DNA of 64,000 nucleotides, taken from NCBI GenBank assembly GCA_943788935.1, contig CALSSE010000007.1, positions 227,871-291,870 on the forward strand, written 5' to 3'. The stretch is from an uncultured bacterium. Its GTDB lineage: Bacteria; Myxococcota_A; Bradymonadia; UBA7976; VGTA01. The position numbers and the translations under genes were made by a program. Below the pieces are notes generated by a model that saw only the letters and a program-made list of their open reading frames with translations, did not search any database and was not told the origin of the DNA. The number at the start of each line of letters is the position of its first letter. Within the stretch, counting starts at the first letter, position 1. This document shows positions 10,335-19,620 of this stretch, piece by piece.

Positions 10335-10865
10335 TTAGCCTCTCACGATCTCGAGTCGCTCAATGATAATCTCTTGCTTGGGTCGATCTCCCATGCCACG
10401 AGGGCTATCAGCGATCGACTTTTGGACGTCAAGACCTTCGATGAGCGCTCCGAAGATAGCGTGTCTGCCATCAAGGTGTGGAGTAGGGACCTCAGTGATA
10501 AAGATCTGAGATCCGCCGGTATTAGGTCCTCGGTTCGCCATGCTCAATACACCGGGGCGGTCGTGCTTTAGCCCTTTACCAAATTCACATTTTATCTCGT
10601 AGCCGGGGCCGCCTGTTCCACGACCCTCTGGGCAGCCTACTTGGATCATGAAGTTAGGGATCACTCGATGAAAAATAATCCCGTCATAGTAGGGTTTCTC
10701 GGTGTGTCCACCTGATGCGAGATAAACAAAGTTTGCTACGGTGAGCGGCGCCTCTTTCTCGAAGAGCTCAGCGACCATCACTCCTTTGGATGTGTGGAAC
10801 TTAGCGAGTAGTCGGCCTTCGCCGGGAACATTAATCTCAGGGGGGGTAAAGAGCGCCATCAGCAC
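10335..10865 (-). CDS. ppiB: Peptidyl-prolyl cis-trans isomerase, cyclophilin type
   Basis: Cyclophilin motifs are present: FHRVIPNFMIQVGCPEGRGTGGPGY, SMANRGPNTGGSQIFIT and HAIFGALIEG. Confidence 0.85.
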   Translation of the reverse strand: MLMALFTPPEINVPGEGRLLAKFHTSKGVMVAELFEKEAPLTVANFVYLASGGHTEKPYYDGIIFHRVIPNFMIQVGCPEGRGTGGPGYEIKCEFGKGLKHDRPGVLSMANRGPNTGGSQIFITEVPTPHLDGRHAIFGALIEGLDVQKSIADSPRGMGDRPKQEIIIERLEIVRG

Positions 10866-11111
10866 TTCTCCTTAAAATAGGTAATATGTCGAAAGATCAG
10901 GGTCTCAAACTTATTAAGTTGTGAGCCCAACATGATCCATTCATGGTTTTCATTGACTTTGATCGCTCTGAACGTGTCGATCATGGGATCAGAGAATAAA
11001 CACTCTTAAGGCTTGAAAGCAACTTTGGAGGTCGATTATCTGTGTAATCGACTCTCATCGAAGAGGTAAGAGTGTGAGGGGCACTTTAGCTAAAAATGTG
11101 TGCACGAGGGA

Positions 11112-12029
11112 TCAGTTATGAGCGTCAACTTGTCGTTCTGCAGAGAGGCAGACGTTATTCATCAAGCTAGCGATTGTCATCGGCCCCACTCCTCCGGGGA
11201 CAGGAGTGATCGCGGTCGCGATGTGCTTTACGTCATCAAAGTCTACATCACCACACAGCTTACCGGTCTCAAGTCGATGAATGCCTACATCGATGATGAT
11301 CGCCTGAGGAGAGATATCTTTTGCTTTAATTAAGTGGGGGATCCCAGCAGCAGCGACAATGATCTCAGCCTGCCGGAGGTGGTGACTGAGGTCGACGGTT
11401 CGTGAATGGCAGAGCGTGACTGTAGCATGAGCAGCGGTAAGCAAAGCTGCCATTGGCTTTCCGACGATACGGCTTCGACCTACAACAACTGCTCGCTTCC
11501 CGGTTAGGTCTCCAATGGTGTCGCGTAAGAGCTGCAGACAGCCTAATGGGGTGCAGGCAACAAAGCCTTCTGTCGAGCGATCGATCGCGCCACTATGGAT
11601 TCCGATTAACCCTTGGTTAAGAGGGTGTAAGCCATCAACATCTTTGGAAGGCAGAACTCTCTCTACGACTGACCACATCTCTTCTTGAGTGACGTGTGGA
11701 ATGGGGAGTTGTACCAAGATCCCATGAAGCTCAGGATCTTCATTCATATCGTCTACACATCGATTTAAGGTGTCAAGACTCACCCCCTCCTCAAACTGAT
11801 GAACAGTGGTGAGGATACCGATTTCGGCAGCAGCTTTTAGCTTATACTTGACATAGATTTGGCTTGGTGGGTGACCTCCCACTAAGATCACGCCTAGTTT
11901 AGGAGTGACCCCCTCCTCCTTCAATCGATCTACTCTCAGCTTGAGCTCACCGCGGAGTCGCTGAGCAATGGAACGACCATTAATAGTGACCGCGTTATGG
12001 GAGGACTTTGATGTGTTTTGAAGGGACAT
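11112..12029 (-). CDS. folD: Bifunctional 5,10-methylene-THF dehydrogenase / methenyl-THF cyclohydrolase
   Basis: FolD motifs are present: GILVQLPIPHV, AVVVGRSRIVGKPMAALL and VPGGVGPMTIASLM. Confidence 0.9.
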   Translation of the reverse strand: MSLQNTSKSSHNAVTINGRSIAQRLRGELKLRVDRLKEEGVTPKLGVILVGGHPPSQIYVKYKLKAAAEIGILTTVHQFEEGVSLDTLNRCVDDMNEDPELHGILVQLPIPHVTQEEMWSVVERVLPSKDVDGLHPLNQGLIGIHSGAIDRSTEGFVACTPLGCLQLLRDTIGDLTGKRAVVVGRSRIVGKPMAALLTAAHATVTLCHSRTVDLSHHLRQAEIIVAAAGIPHLIKAKDISPQAIIIDVGIHRLETGKLCGDVDFDDVKHIATAITPVPGGVGPMTIASLMNNVCLSAERQVDAHN

Positions 12030-12074
12030 ATGTATTATCCAAGAAAGGCTGCGAGTCTGGGTAGGATGCTTTAT

Positions 12075-12160
12075 GCTTCGGTGAAATACTGAGGTGCTTC
12101 GGTGAAATACTGAGATGCTTCGGTAGATACTGAGTTGCTTCGTTGGGGTACTGAGGTGCT
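12075..12160. repeat. Intergenic minisatellite, ~21-bp unit x ~4.5 (GCTTCGGTGAAATACTGAGGT-like)
   Basis: It lies between the lolC/E-like stop and the folD start, within the folD promoter region. The copies degenerate progressively. Confidence 0.8.
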
Positions 12161-12208
12161 AAGATGATTTAGTGAGACTTCGCGCTAAGAGTAGAGTGTG
12201 TGATCGAC

Positions 12209-13588
12209 CTATCCTCTTAAGTCTAGTTGGTCGCCTCTCAGTCCCTCTGTAGGAGACATAAGGCTCCCTCGACGGGCAGGAATCCCCACGGCGACCATTA
12301 AGATCAACATAGACCCTATGACAGCGCTCATGTAATCTGACCATCTGAATTGTACAGGAAATCTATCTATTCCATAGACCTCAGGGTCTAGGTGAATCCC
12401 GCTGCCCAAGATCCATTCACAGAAAATAAAGCCTATGACCGCGCCGATCAATGACCCTAGGCCTGCGATCGCTACACCTTCAATGAAAAATATTCGGTAT
12501 ACGCTACGGTGAGAGGCACCCATCGTCTTGAGAATAGCGATCTCTGGAGTCCTCTCTAATGTCATCATCATCAACATAGATGAGACGTTACAAGAGGCGA
12601 GAATGAGCATCACTGAGAGGACAACAAGGATGGCGATCCGTTGATAGATTAAGCTCATGTAGAGAGCCGGGTTTTGCTCATACCAGCCCTGTACACTAAA
12701 GGTCTCTTCGGCTCTCGTTGAGATACGAGTCGCTCTCAAGGGGTTGGTGGCCAGAGACTCACCCCAATCAAGAGGGTTACCTAGCCCCCACTTCATGGCG
12801 CTAGCGATCTGAGGTGCGAGACGTGAAGCCTCTTGGGGGTCTTTGATCGCGATCTCAAAGCCTTGAACGGAGTCGCTTGTTCCAAAGATATCTTGGGCAT
12901 CATCATGGTGAATATATGCAAATCGAGAATCATATTCATCGTAACCAGCGGCGAAGACACCCACGACCTTAAGTACAATTGAGCGTGGTCCACTCTCTCC
13001 ACTACTCCACCCTGACCTTTTGGTCTCAATACGCTTCGCTTGACTCCTCATTGCCCCGGTCATGGCGGTGAAGAGCTGACCCTGAGAGATGTTCAGTTTG
13101 CGGGCGAGTTGAGCCCCTATCAGAACGGATATAGCCTCTCGCTCTTTGGCTAACGGTTTCCGCTCGATAGTCAATGAGTCGAGGGTGCCAATCTGCATGT
13201 ATTCATCGAGACGGAGGGTGGATTTGGCCCTCTCTGGATCAAGGCTCTTGATGAACCCTCCGACAGTCCCACCAGGGCCAACAAAAATAGCCTTATGGTA
13301 CGTCGTAGGAGAGACGCCTATCACCTCAGGAACATTTGAGGTAATGGTCTCTTCCATTTCTGCTACGTCATATCTAGTGCTCGAATAAGGGCGGGCAAAG
13401 ACATGGGCAGTGACACCGAGCAGTTTCTCTTGAAAGGCAAGCTCAAAACCAGCGGTGATCGATGCTCCACCGATGAGAGCTGCGACTCCGATAGAGACCC
13501 CAATGACAGCTAGAGTTGCGACAAGTGAGAGCCCCCTGCCCTTTCTAGATACCAAGTGACGCGAAGCGAGCATGAGTTCAAATCTCAT
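12209..13588 (-). CDS. LolC/LolE-like (FtsX/MacB family) ABC transporter permease
   Basis: The N-terminus MRFELMLASRHLVSRKGRGLSLVATLAVIGVSIGVAALI is typical of LolC/E. A large periplasmic loop is followed by C-terminal FtsX-like TM helices. Confidence 0.7.
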   Translation of the reverse strand: MRFELMLASRHLVSRKGRGLSLVATLAVIGVSIGVAALIGGASITAGFELAFQEKLLGVTAHVFARPYSSTRYDVAEMEETITSNVPEVIGVSPTTYHKAIFVGPGGTVGGFIKSLDPERAKSTLRLDEYMQIGTLDSLTIERKPLAKEREAISVLIGAQLARKLNISQGQLFTAMTGAMRSQAKRIETKRSGWSSGESGPRSIVLKVVGVFAAGYDEYDSRFAYIHHDDAQDIFGTSDSVQGFEIAIKDPQEASRLAPQIASAMKWGLGNPLDWGESLATNPLRATRISTRAEETFSVQGWYEQNPALYMSLIYQRIAILVVLSVMLILASCNVSSMLMMMTLERTPEIAILKTMGASHRSVYRIFFIEGVAIAGLGSLIGAVIGFIFCEWILGSGIHLDPEVYGIDRFPVQFRWSDYMSAVIGSMLILMVAVGIPARRGSLMSPTEGLRGDQLDLRG

Positions 13589-13882
13589 TTTAGCGCCTCT
13601 TCTTCCTGATAATCGATTTTACTTGGGCTAGTCATCAATATCCTCGTTATCATTAGTTATATACGTATTAGATCGCTATAAAAGAGGAAGACACCAGCGT
13701 CTAAGATATAGTAAGCGACACATGAGGCATAGATATGAAGCAAGAATAGTCACATAATTCAAGTTTAGATCGATTAAACTTAACGAAGTCATTCGCGCTC
13801 TTGCTTTGGAATCACGTTGTGTTGTAATGAGATTCTCTTAACTAGAAGTATTCGGTATCTATAGACTAAAATTTAAACATCG

Positions 13883-14584
13883 ATGGAGATCGATATGCTT
13901 TGCCCTCACATAGTCTCCCGCTCAACTCAATCCAATCGTGCTACGATCGTGGGTTCATTGTTTAGAAAACGTCACTCAGCTGTCAGACACTCAGCTGTCA
14001 GACACTCAGCTGTCAGACTCTGTGCTGTTGACCTCAAAGTCTTTTATCTCGCGGCCTTGTCTTTTGTAGTGTTCTCGCTGATGTCATCGGCCACTGCTGC
14101 ACCGAGCGGTAAGGGGAGAGTGCAGATTGATGACACCTATCACGAGGTGACATGGAGTGATGGCGATAGCTTTAGAATCACTTCCGGCCGAATGAGGGGA
14201 CAGCGGGTCAGGCTCTTGGGATATAATACGCTAGAGAGCTATGGTCCTGTGCATAAGTGGGGAGAGTGGAATGAATGGGCGCTATACCGTCTAGCTAAAG
14301 ACGCCAAGCAAGTCGCAACAAGAGAGACCTGGGAGTGTAAGTCACTAGATATCAAAGATCGATACAGTCGACTTTTAGTAAGGTGCCCAAAGCTGATAGA
14401 GGCGATGATCAATACTGGAATGGGTCATGTCTTTGAGGTCGAGGCTAAACCTGAGGTCAAGCTCTTAATGCTTCAAGCGGATGCCATTAAGAGAAGAGTT
14501 GGTATGTGGAGTCGTGGCGCTCCAACAGGCCTCCTGACGAGCATCCATAGCCACGATGAAAAAGCCTGGTCAACCTGCGTATAA
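13883..14584 (+). CDS. Secreted staphylococcal-nuclease (SNase/thermonuclease)-like nuclease, paralog A
   Basis: It has a signal peptide (LKVFYLAALSFVVFSLMSSATAAP). SNase-like motifs are present: SDGDSFRI...RVRLLGYNTLE and ...RYSRLLVRCP. It is clearly paralogous to ORF 41944-42927. The true start is probably downstream of the annotated ATG. The 5' part contains a 15-bp x3 DNA repeat (HSAVRHSAVRHSAVR). Confidence 0.6.
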   Translation: MEIDMLCPHIVSRSTQSNRATIVGSLFRKRHSAVRHSAVRHSAVRLCAVDLKVFYLAALSFVVFSLMSSATAAPSGKGRVQIDDTYHEVTWSDGDSFRITSGRMRGQRVRLLGYNTLESYGPVHKWGEWNEWALYRLAKDAKQVATRETWECKSLDIKDRYSRLLVRCPKLIEAMINTGMGHVFEVEAKPEVKLLMLQADAIKRRVGMWSRGAPTGLLTSIHSHDEKAWSTCV

Positions 14585-14874
14585 TCGTGTCGCTTCTCTA
14601 AAAACGGGCGAGGCTAAAAAAGCTACTTCATTCCAATACCTACAAGGCCTGTGAGTGGGTCTGTGCTCAGGGCTCATGCCTGCTTTATGTTCCCTATCAA
14701 CAGCGCTACGGAGATGATCGACCTAAGTGTTTACGTTGGAAACGATAGCCGATACGAACTTAGACTATCCGCACGGACTGATTTTAGGTAATATTCTACT
14801 TCTAAAACAGTCACTTTAATATCCATTAATACCCATTAATACCCTTTTATACCCCTTAATATATAGGAAGAACA

Positions 14875-15237
14875 ATGAACAAGACTCTTCTTCAGCAAGA
14901 GGGCGCTCAAGTACGATTTTCGGAGCCCCGTATGATCAATCAGATGAGCTGTTGCCTCTCTCTAGTCGCTCTTTTTCTCAGCGCGCTCGGCGCTTGTAGC
15001 GAATCTGAACCTAACCCTCCAGTGGTTCCACCAATGGCAGGGATGATGGCAGGGACCGAGATGGTCGCTCCTTGTGTGTCCGACTCAGCCTGTGCACCAG
15101 GGACGATCTGTGATGCTGGGTCAGGGACATGTGTACCTGGTCAATGCAGCGCGATGACCCCTTGCCCAGTCAACCAAATGTGTGATCTCAGCACGAGTAC
15201 TTGCAGCTCAGCGATGAATATTGGGGTGCGCCAGTGA
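14875..15237 (+). CDS. N-terminal fragment (lipoprotein signal peptide + Cys-rich module) of the downstream repeat protein, separated from it by a +1 frameshift
   Basis: A lipobox is present (LSALGAC). The motifs CVSDSACAPGTICDAGSGTCVPGQC and ...CPVNQMCDLSTSTC match the start of the next ORF (CASDAECGNGFCVAGTCQNVEC). The stop at 15235 falls where frame 2 opens (15218). Confidence 0.55.
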   Translation: MNKTLLQQEGAQVRFSEPRMINQMSCCLSLVALFLSALGACSESEPNPPVVPPMAGMMAGTEMVAPCVSDSACAPGTICDAGSGTCVPGQCSAMTPCPVNQMCDLSTSTCSSAMNIGVRQ

Positions 15238-17725
15238 CGCAGAATGTGGAAATGGATTTTGTGTAGCGGGAACTTGCCAAAACGTCGAATGCGTTAGAGA
15301 CATGAACTGTCAAGCGGGGCAACGCTGCGATAATATGCGTTGTGTTGCTGACACTAGCTGTATCGACAGTGATGGTGATGGCTATGGGACAAACTGCCCA
15401 GCTGGACCGGACTGTAATGATCGTGATCGAAATGTCAACGCAGGTGCACCGGAGAATGGCACGACGAACTGTGATGACGGAATCGATAATAACTGTGATG
15501 GAACAGATAGCATTTGCGGCTCTGAGGAAGACTTAGATAACGATGGATTCGCAGATAAGGATGGCGACTGTAATGACATGAATCCTAATATTAATCCAGG
15601 GGCTGATGAGATCTATTACAACGATCTAGATGATGATTGTGATCCCCAAACTAATGATGACGATCAAGATGGAGACGGCTTCGCCGCTGAAGCCTCCATG
15701 GGCCCAGACTGCGATGACCTAAATCCCAATATCAACCCTCGCGCTGAGGATATACCTGGCAATGGGGTCGATGAGAACTGTGACGGGATGGATCGAGTCA
15801 TCACCAACGATGATCGAGATGGTGATGGTGTGAGTGAAGTCGATGGCGATTGCGATGATGACAATATAAATGTCTCTCCCAATCGTGAAGAGATCCCCTA
15901 CAACTCTCTCGATGATGATTGTGACCCAAGTACCCGCGATAATGACTTAGACGGTGATGGGTTTGCCGCCCCTCGTGACTGTGAAGACGGAGATGAGATG
16001 ATCAACCCCAATATGGCGGAGATCTTCTACAACGGAACCGATGATGATTGCGATCCACTCACTAAAGATGGTGATGCTGACGGTGATGGCTTTAATGCGA
16101 GGGCTGTAGGAGGCGGTGATTGTAATGATGATGTCGCGAGCGCTAATCCAGATGGCACAGAGGTCGAGTATAATGGGATTGATGATGATTGTGACCCAAG
16201 TACTCGTGATAATGACTTAGACGGTGATGGCTTTAACCGTGATACTGATTGCGACGACAACAATGATAACGTTAACCCTGATATCGTAGAGAATGCCTCC
16301 ACAAATTGTGGGGATAGCGTGGACAACAATTGTATTGGTGGAGACGTCGCCTGTGACGCAAACGCCACTGATAGCGATAATGATGGGATCCCTGATGATC
16401 AAGATTGTGAGCCTCAAAACGCAGCGATCCCTGGGCCAACAGAGATCGCTAACAATAATCTAGACGATGACTGTGACGGTGAAGTTGACAACGTCTGTGT
16501 AGATGATGCCTTCGATATCGCGAATTCAAACAATATACCGGTGAATGCCTCAGCGATCAGTGATAACGACAACAATGAGTCGGGTTTAATCCTCTGCCCT
16601 GGTGATGCCGATTGGTATCAAATTACACTCAACCCCGGTGATGGACTCGAGGTAGATCTCAGCTTCGCGCATGCTGAGGGTGACATCGATGTTCGTCTCT
16701 ATCGACGTAATAACGGAGGGCTCACCGAAGCTGACTTGACCGCTGTGGACTCATCGGTCTCTTCCAATGATAATGAGGTCGTCTATACGGCGCGTGCCAC
16801 AACTCGTGACACATACTTTATAAAAGTATATCAGTTTGGTGCAAACCCCGGCCGGCTCGAATATGGAATGATCGCCAACGTGTTTGAGAACTGTCAAGAT
16901 GATCCGGTAGGCCCGAGCGGAGAACAGAATGATAGCCGCCAAGAGGCTTCAATCATGCCATCATTCGGAGAGAGTCGTCAGATCTGTGACTATGACGATG
17001 ATTGGTACTTCTTTACGCTTACTCGTCAGCAGAATCTCCGACTCGACTTACTCTTCACTCATGCTCAAGGTGACATAGACCTCGCGCTCTATGACCGAGA
17101 CAGCGGTGATCGGATTAAAATAGCGTTGTCATCAACTGATAATGAGATCCTCGAGGAAGAGAATCTCGCCGCTGGTAACTATGCAGCCCGAGTGTACGGA
17201 TTTAATGGTTCTCAGAATGGCTATAAGATCTTCCGATCGAGCGGAAACCTTCAGACTTCAGAGTTCCGAGATAACGATGATTACGAGCTCCCCGATGCAG
17301 AGATGATGCCAGGGGTATATACCACACCTGCCATTAATTTCCCCAACGTACCCTTAGGTTCCGTTGTTCACAAGCTCAAACTTAAGCAGCTCGATATCAA
17401 TCACAGCTGTGTCGGTGATCTTGAAGTTACGATTCTTTGGGACGGTGTCCCTGTTCGTCGGTTATGGAATCGAGATGGTGATAACTGCCTCGACGGGGCT
17501 CTCGATGATGACAGCACCTTTAGCCTCGGTTGTATTGGAGGTGTTGGGGCGGCTTCTTGGAATAGGCGTCTAGGTAATGATATCTGCTTCGAGAACAGAG
17601 ATTATCTTGAGTTTGCAGGACTTGACGCTCAAGGTGATCTCACAGTAGAGATCAAGGACTATACCAATGATAACACGGGTTCATTGGTCAATGTACAGTT
17701 CGATCTAGAGTATTTTATCCCCTGA
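15221..17725 (+). CDS. Large secreted protein with Cys/Asp-rich calcium/metal-binding repeats (TSP3-like DxDxDG plus MopE-like motif), two PPC domains and a C-terminal P-domain-like fold. It has no AUG start and is probably the body of a frameshifted gene beginning at 14875
   Basis: About ten repeats have the form D-x-D-[GN]-DG[FV]...DC[DN]D.NPNINPGA.E..YN..DDDCD. There are two DxDWYxF-type pre-peptidase C-terminal (PPC) domains (ILCPGDADWYQITLNPGDGLEVDL.. and ICDYDDDWYFFTLTRQQNLRLDL..). The C-terminal stretch INHSCVGDLEVTILWDGVPVRRLW.. resembles a proprotein-convertase P-domain. No protease catalytic domain was seen. Confidence 0.6.
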   Translation: MGCASDAECGNGFCVAGTCQNVECVRDMNCQAGQRCDNMRCVADTSCIDSDGDGYGTNCPAGPDCNDRDRNVNAGAPENGTTNCDDGIDNNCDGTDSICGSEEDLDNDGFADKDGDCNDMNPNINPGADEIYYNDLDDDCDPQTNDDDQDGDGFAAEASMGPDCDDLNPNINPRAEDIPGNGVDENCDGMDRVITNDDRDGDGVSEVDGDCDDDNINVSPNREEIPYNSLDDDCDPSTRDNDLDGDGFAAPRDCEDGDEMINPNMAEIFYNGTDDDCDPLTKDGDADGDGFNARAVGGGDCNDDVASANPDGTEVEYNGIDDDCDPSTRDNDLDGDGFNRDTDCDDNNDNVNPDIVENASTNCGDSVDNNCIGGDVACDANATDSDNDGIPDDQDCEPQNAAIPGPTEIANNNLDDDCDGEVDNVCVDDAFDIANSNNIPVNASAISDNDNNESGLILCPGDADWYQITLNPGDGLEVDLSFAHAEGDIDVRLYRRNNGGLTEADLTAVDSSVSSNDNEVVYTARATTRDTYFIKVYQFGANPGRLEYGMIANVFENCQDDPVGPSGEQNDSRQEASIMPSFGESRQICDYDDDWYFFTLTRQQNLRLDLLFTHAQGDIDLALYDRDSGDRIKIALSSTDNEILEEENLAAGNYAARVYGFNGSQNGYKIFRSSGNLQTSEFRDNDDYELPDAEMMPGVYTTPAINFPNVPLGSVVHKLKLKQLDINHSCVGDLEVTILWDGVPVRRLWNRDGDNCLDGALDDDSTFSLGCIGGVGAASWNRRLGNDICFENRDYLEFAGLDAQGDLTVEIKDYTNDNTGSLVNVQFDLEYFIP

Positions 17726-17779
17726 GCTTCCTTAGAATATGACATCTCGGGGGGCTTATTAACAAAGTGAGCCCCCACT

Positions 17780-18676
17780 ATGTCAACACCTAAAGGAAAC
17801 TCCCTTCTCTTTGATAAATCGGTTGATTTGGTCTTAATGTTCCTCGGTCTGTACGCAGCGATGGCTGTTCAAGACTTCGCAGATCACCACAAAGAGAAGA
17901 GTCATTATCGACAGCTCGTCCAAGGGTTTCAGGAAGAGTTAGCGAGTAATCAATCACAACGCAGCAATATTGAGGAGAAGCTCGGCACACTCTCAGAGTC
18001 AAAAGAGATCGGTCAAGCGGGAGATAGCTTTGAGTATTTCACCGCTCAGACACAATATATGACCTCTTTTCTGAGTTGTTATGAAGATCTTAAGCTAAGC
18101 GACCGTCGATCTAAACTATCTCCCGAGCGTAAGAAAGAGTGTGGAGCGCTGTTTAAGCAGAAGTTTAAGCGTACTCCCCCCGAGCACCTTGATCTCTCGC
18201 CGGTTTATCGACGAGATGTGTGGCGCTTTTACCTAGCAGGAGGAGTTCAGCTTTTTCAAACATTTGAGAAGCCTTCCACACAACCTCGGTGTCATATAGA
18301 GGGGAAGGCGTCTCTCGGTCTGTCCATCTGCATTGGCTCAGTCTATAATAAGCTCAGCACTGTAGAGAATCAAGTCTCGGAGATTCAGCGCTTAGTCAAT
18401 GACACTTACTTCAATAGACAAGGCATTTTAGACGCAGAGTTCAAATCATTTAAGCGTCATATGAGGCGCTTGGGTAAGCGTAAAGATAAAGCTGCCACAG
18501 AACAAACCAAAGCTCATATCGCTGAGCTATACCTCCACCTCAGGGAAGGGCAACTCGCTGTCGATCTGTCACTCTCCCTAATGAGATTTAAGATCAAACA
18601 GCTAAAGAAGACAGCCAGCGAGCTCAATCTTCGCTTTGATGAAGTCTTAAGCGCTCTCAATACAGAGCTTAAATAA
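17780..18676 (+). CDS. Hypothetical membrane-anchored coiled-coil protein
   Basis: It is a 298-aa ORF with one N-terminal TM segment (VDLVLMFLGLYAAMAV). The rest is charged and helical. No motif was recognised. Confidence 0.4.
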   Translation: MSTPKGNSLLFDKSVDLVLMFLGLYAAMAVQDFADHHKEKSHYRQLVQGFQEELASNQSQRSNIEEKLGTLSESKEIGQAGDSFEYFTAQTQYMTSFLSCYEDLKLSDRRSKLSPERKKECGALFKQKFKRTPPEHLDLSPVYRRDVWRFYLAGGVQLFQTFEKPSTQPRCHIEGKASLGLSICIGSVYNKLSTVENQVSEIQRLVNDTYFNRQGILDAEFKSFKRHMRRLGKRKDKAATEQTKAHIAELYLHLREGQLAVDLSLSLMRFKIKQLKKTASELNLRFDEVLSALNTELK

Positions 18677-18723
18677 GCGAGGTCTTTTACAGGTCATAAG
18701 AATGATTAGAGAAGTGATGAGGC

Positions 18724-19494
18724 TTAACGCTTACGAGCTTTTTTACTCGCTCTCTTTGTCGCCTTCCTAACCCTCTGTCGAGTTTTTGCTCGCTTCACAT
18801 TTTTTTTGCGAGTTATTTTACCCTTTCGGTGTCGACGCTTCGCAGCTTTGACTGCACCTTTGGCCATTAGCCTGATGTTTGCTCTGACTCTGCTCTTAGC
18901 TTTGATGCTTCGCTTAATCCTGCGAGTCACTCCATTGACTCCCTTAGCGGTCACAACGGTCTCACCTGCGCGGACAGGGAAACGACGAGCTTTTTTTCCG
19001 GTGAGCCGCCCGCGGTATTTGCCGTTGATCCAAACCTTAGCTTTTCGATCTGTTTTGAGGATGAGGAGTGCATTAGGCTTTATACGTCCGCCATTACTCC
19101 CAGAGGGCTTGACGAGTTCAGTGGTCTTGACACTCTCATTAGGACTCACCGTTGGCGTGGCGTCAGCGCTCACTTCGGGAGCCGCTTCAACGATCACTTC
19201 AGGAGTAGGCTCAGGCTCAGGCTCAGGCTCATCTTGAGCGACGCTCTCTTCGGCGATAGCCGCTTGGAGCTCGGTATCATCGAGGTCACTGACGAGGTCT
19301 TCCATCGAGTCGAGAGCGCTCTCATCGTTGAGGTCTTGAGCATAACTTGAGGAAATAACCCCCGATCCAATAGAGAGGGAGAAGAGCAAGCAGAGCTTTA
19401 ACAGACTCTGTAGCGTTGTTAATGTCTTGGTTGATTTCATTATGATCACCTTAAGAAGAAGTAGAGTGCACTCGTCATCAGAATAATAATCCAT
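18724..19494 (-). CDS. Secreted protein with a PEGA-like beta domain and a very basic (histone H1-like) C-terminal tail
   Basis: It has a signal peptide and a PEPEPEPTPE linker. The stretch RIKPNALLILKTDRKAKVWINGKYRGRLTGKKARRFPVRAGETVVTAKG is PEGA-like. The last ~60 aa are >50% K/R. Confidence 0.45.
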   Translation of the reverse strand: MDYYSDDECTLLLLKVIIMKSTKTLTTLQSLLKLCLLFSLSIGSGVISSSYAQDLNDESALDSMEDLVSDLDDTELQAAIAEESVAQDEPEPEPEPTPEVIVEAAPEVSADATPTVSPNESVKTTELVKPSGSNGGRIKPNALLILKTDRKAKVWINGKYRGRLTGKKARRFPVRAGETVVTAKGVNGVTRRIKRSIKAKSRVRANIRLMAKGAVKAAKRRHRKGKITRKKNVKRAKTRQRVRKATKRASKKARKR

Positions 19495-19527
19495 TTATTC
19501 AATAGAAAAACAGTAAAGATTACAATG

Positions 19528-19620
19528 TCTCATCAGCTCTTCTCCATAGAGTAAGCTCTTCTCCATAGAGTAAGCTCTTCTCCATAGAGTAAGCTCTTCT
19601 CCATAGAGTAAGCTCATCTC
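19528..19620. repeat. Intergenic minisatellite, 19-bp unit CTCTTCTCCATAGAGTAAG x4 plus (CTCAT)x3
   Basis: Perfect copies sit between the start of gene 18724-19494 and the pbpC stop. Confidence 0.85.

Noticed and set aside
11026-11050. Hairpin GTCGATTA-tctgtg-TAATCGAC downstream of folD, considered as a terminator
   Set aside because: On the folD (minus) strand it is not followed by a convincing U-tract. It is kept only as a possible weak or Rho-dependent site and is not reported as a feature.
12075-12160. Tandem repeats considered as possible CRISPR arrays (also at 19528-19620, 56111-56190 and 57521-57628)
   Set aside because: The repeat units abut directly with no unique spacers. The units are 14-22 bp and degenerate. 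No cas genes are nearby. They are minisatellites, not CRISPR.
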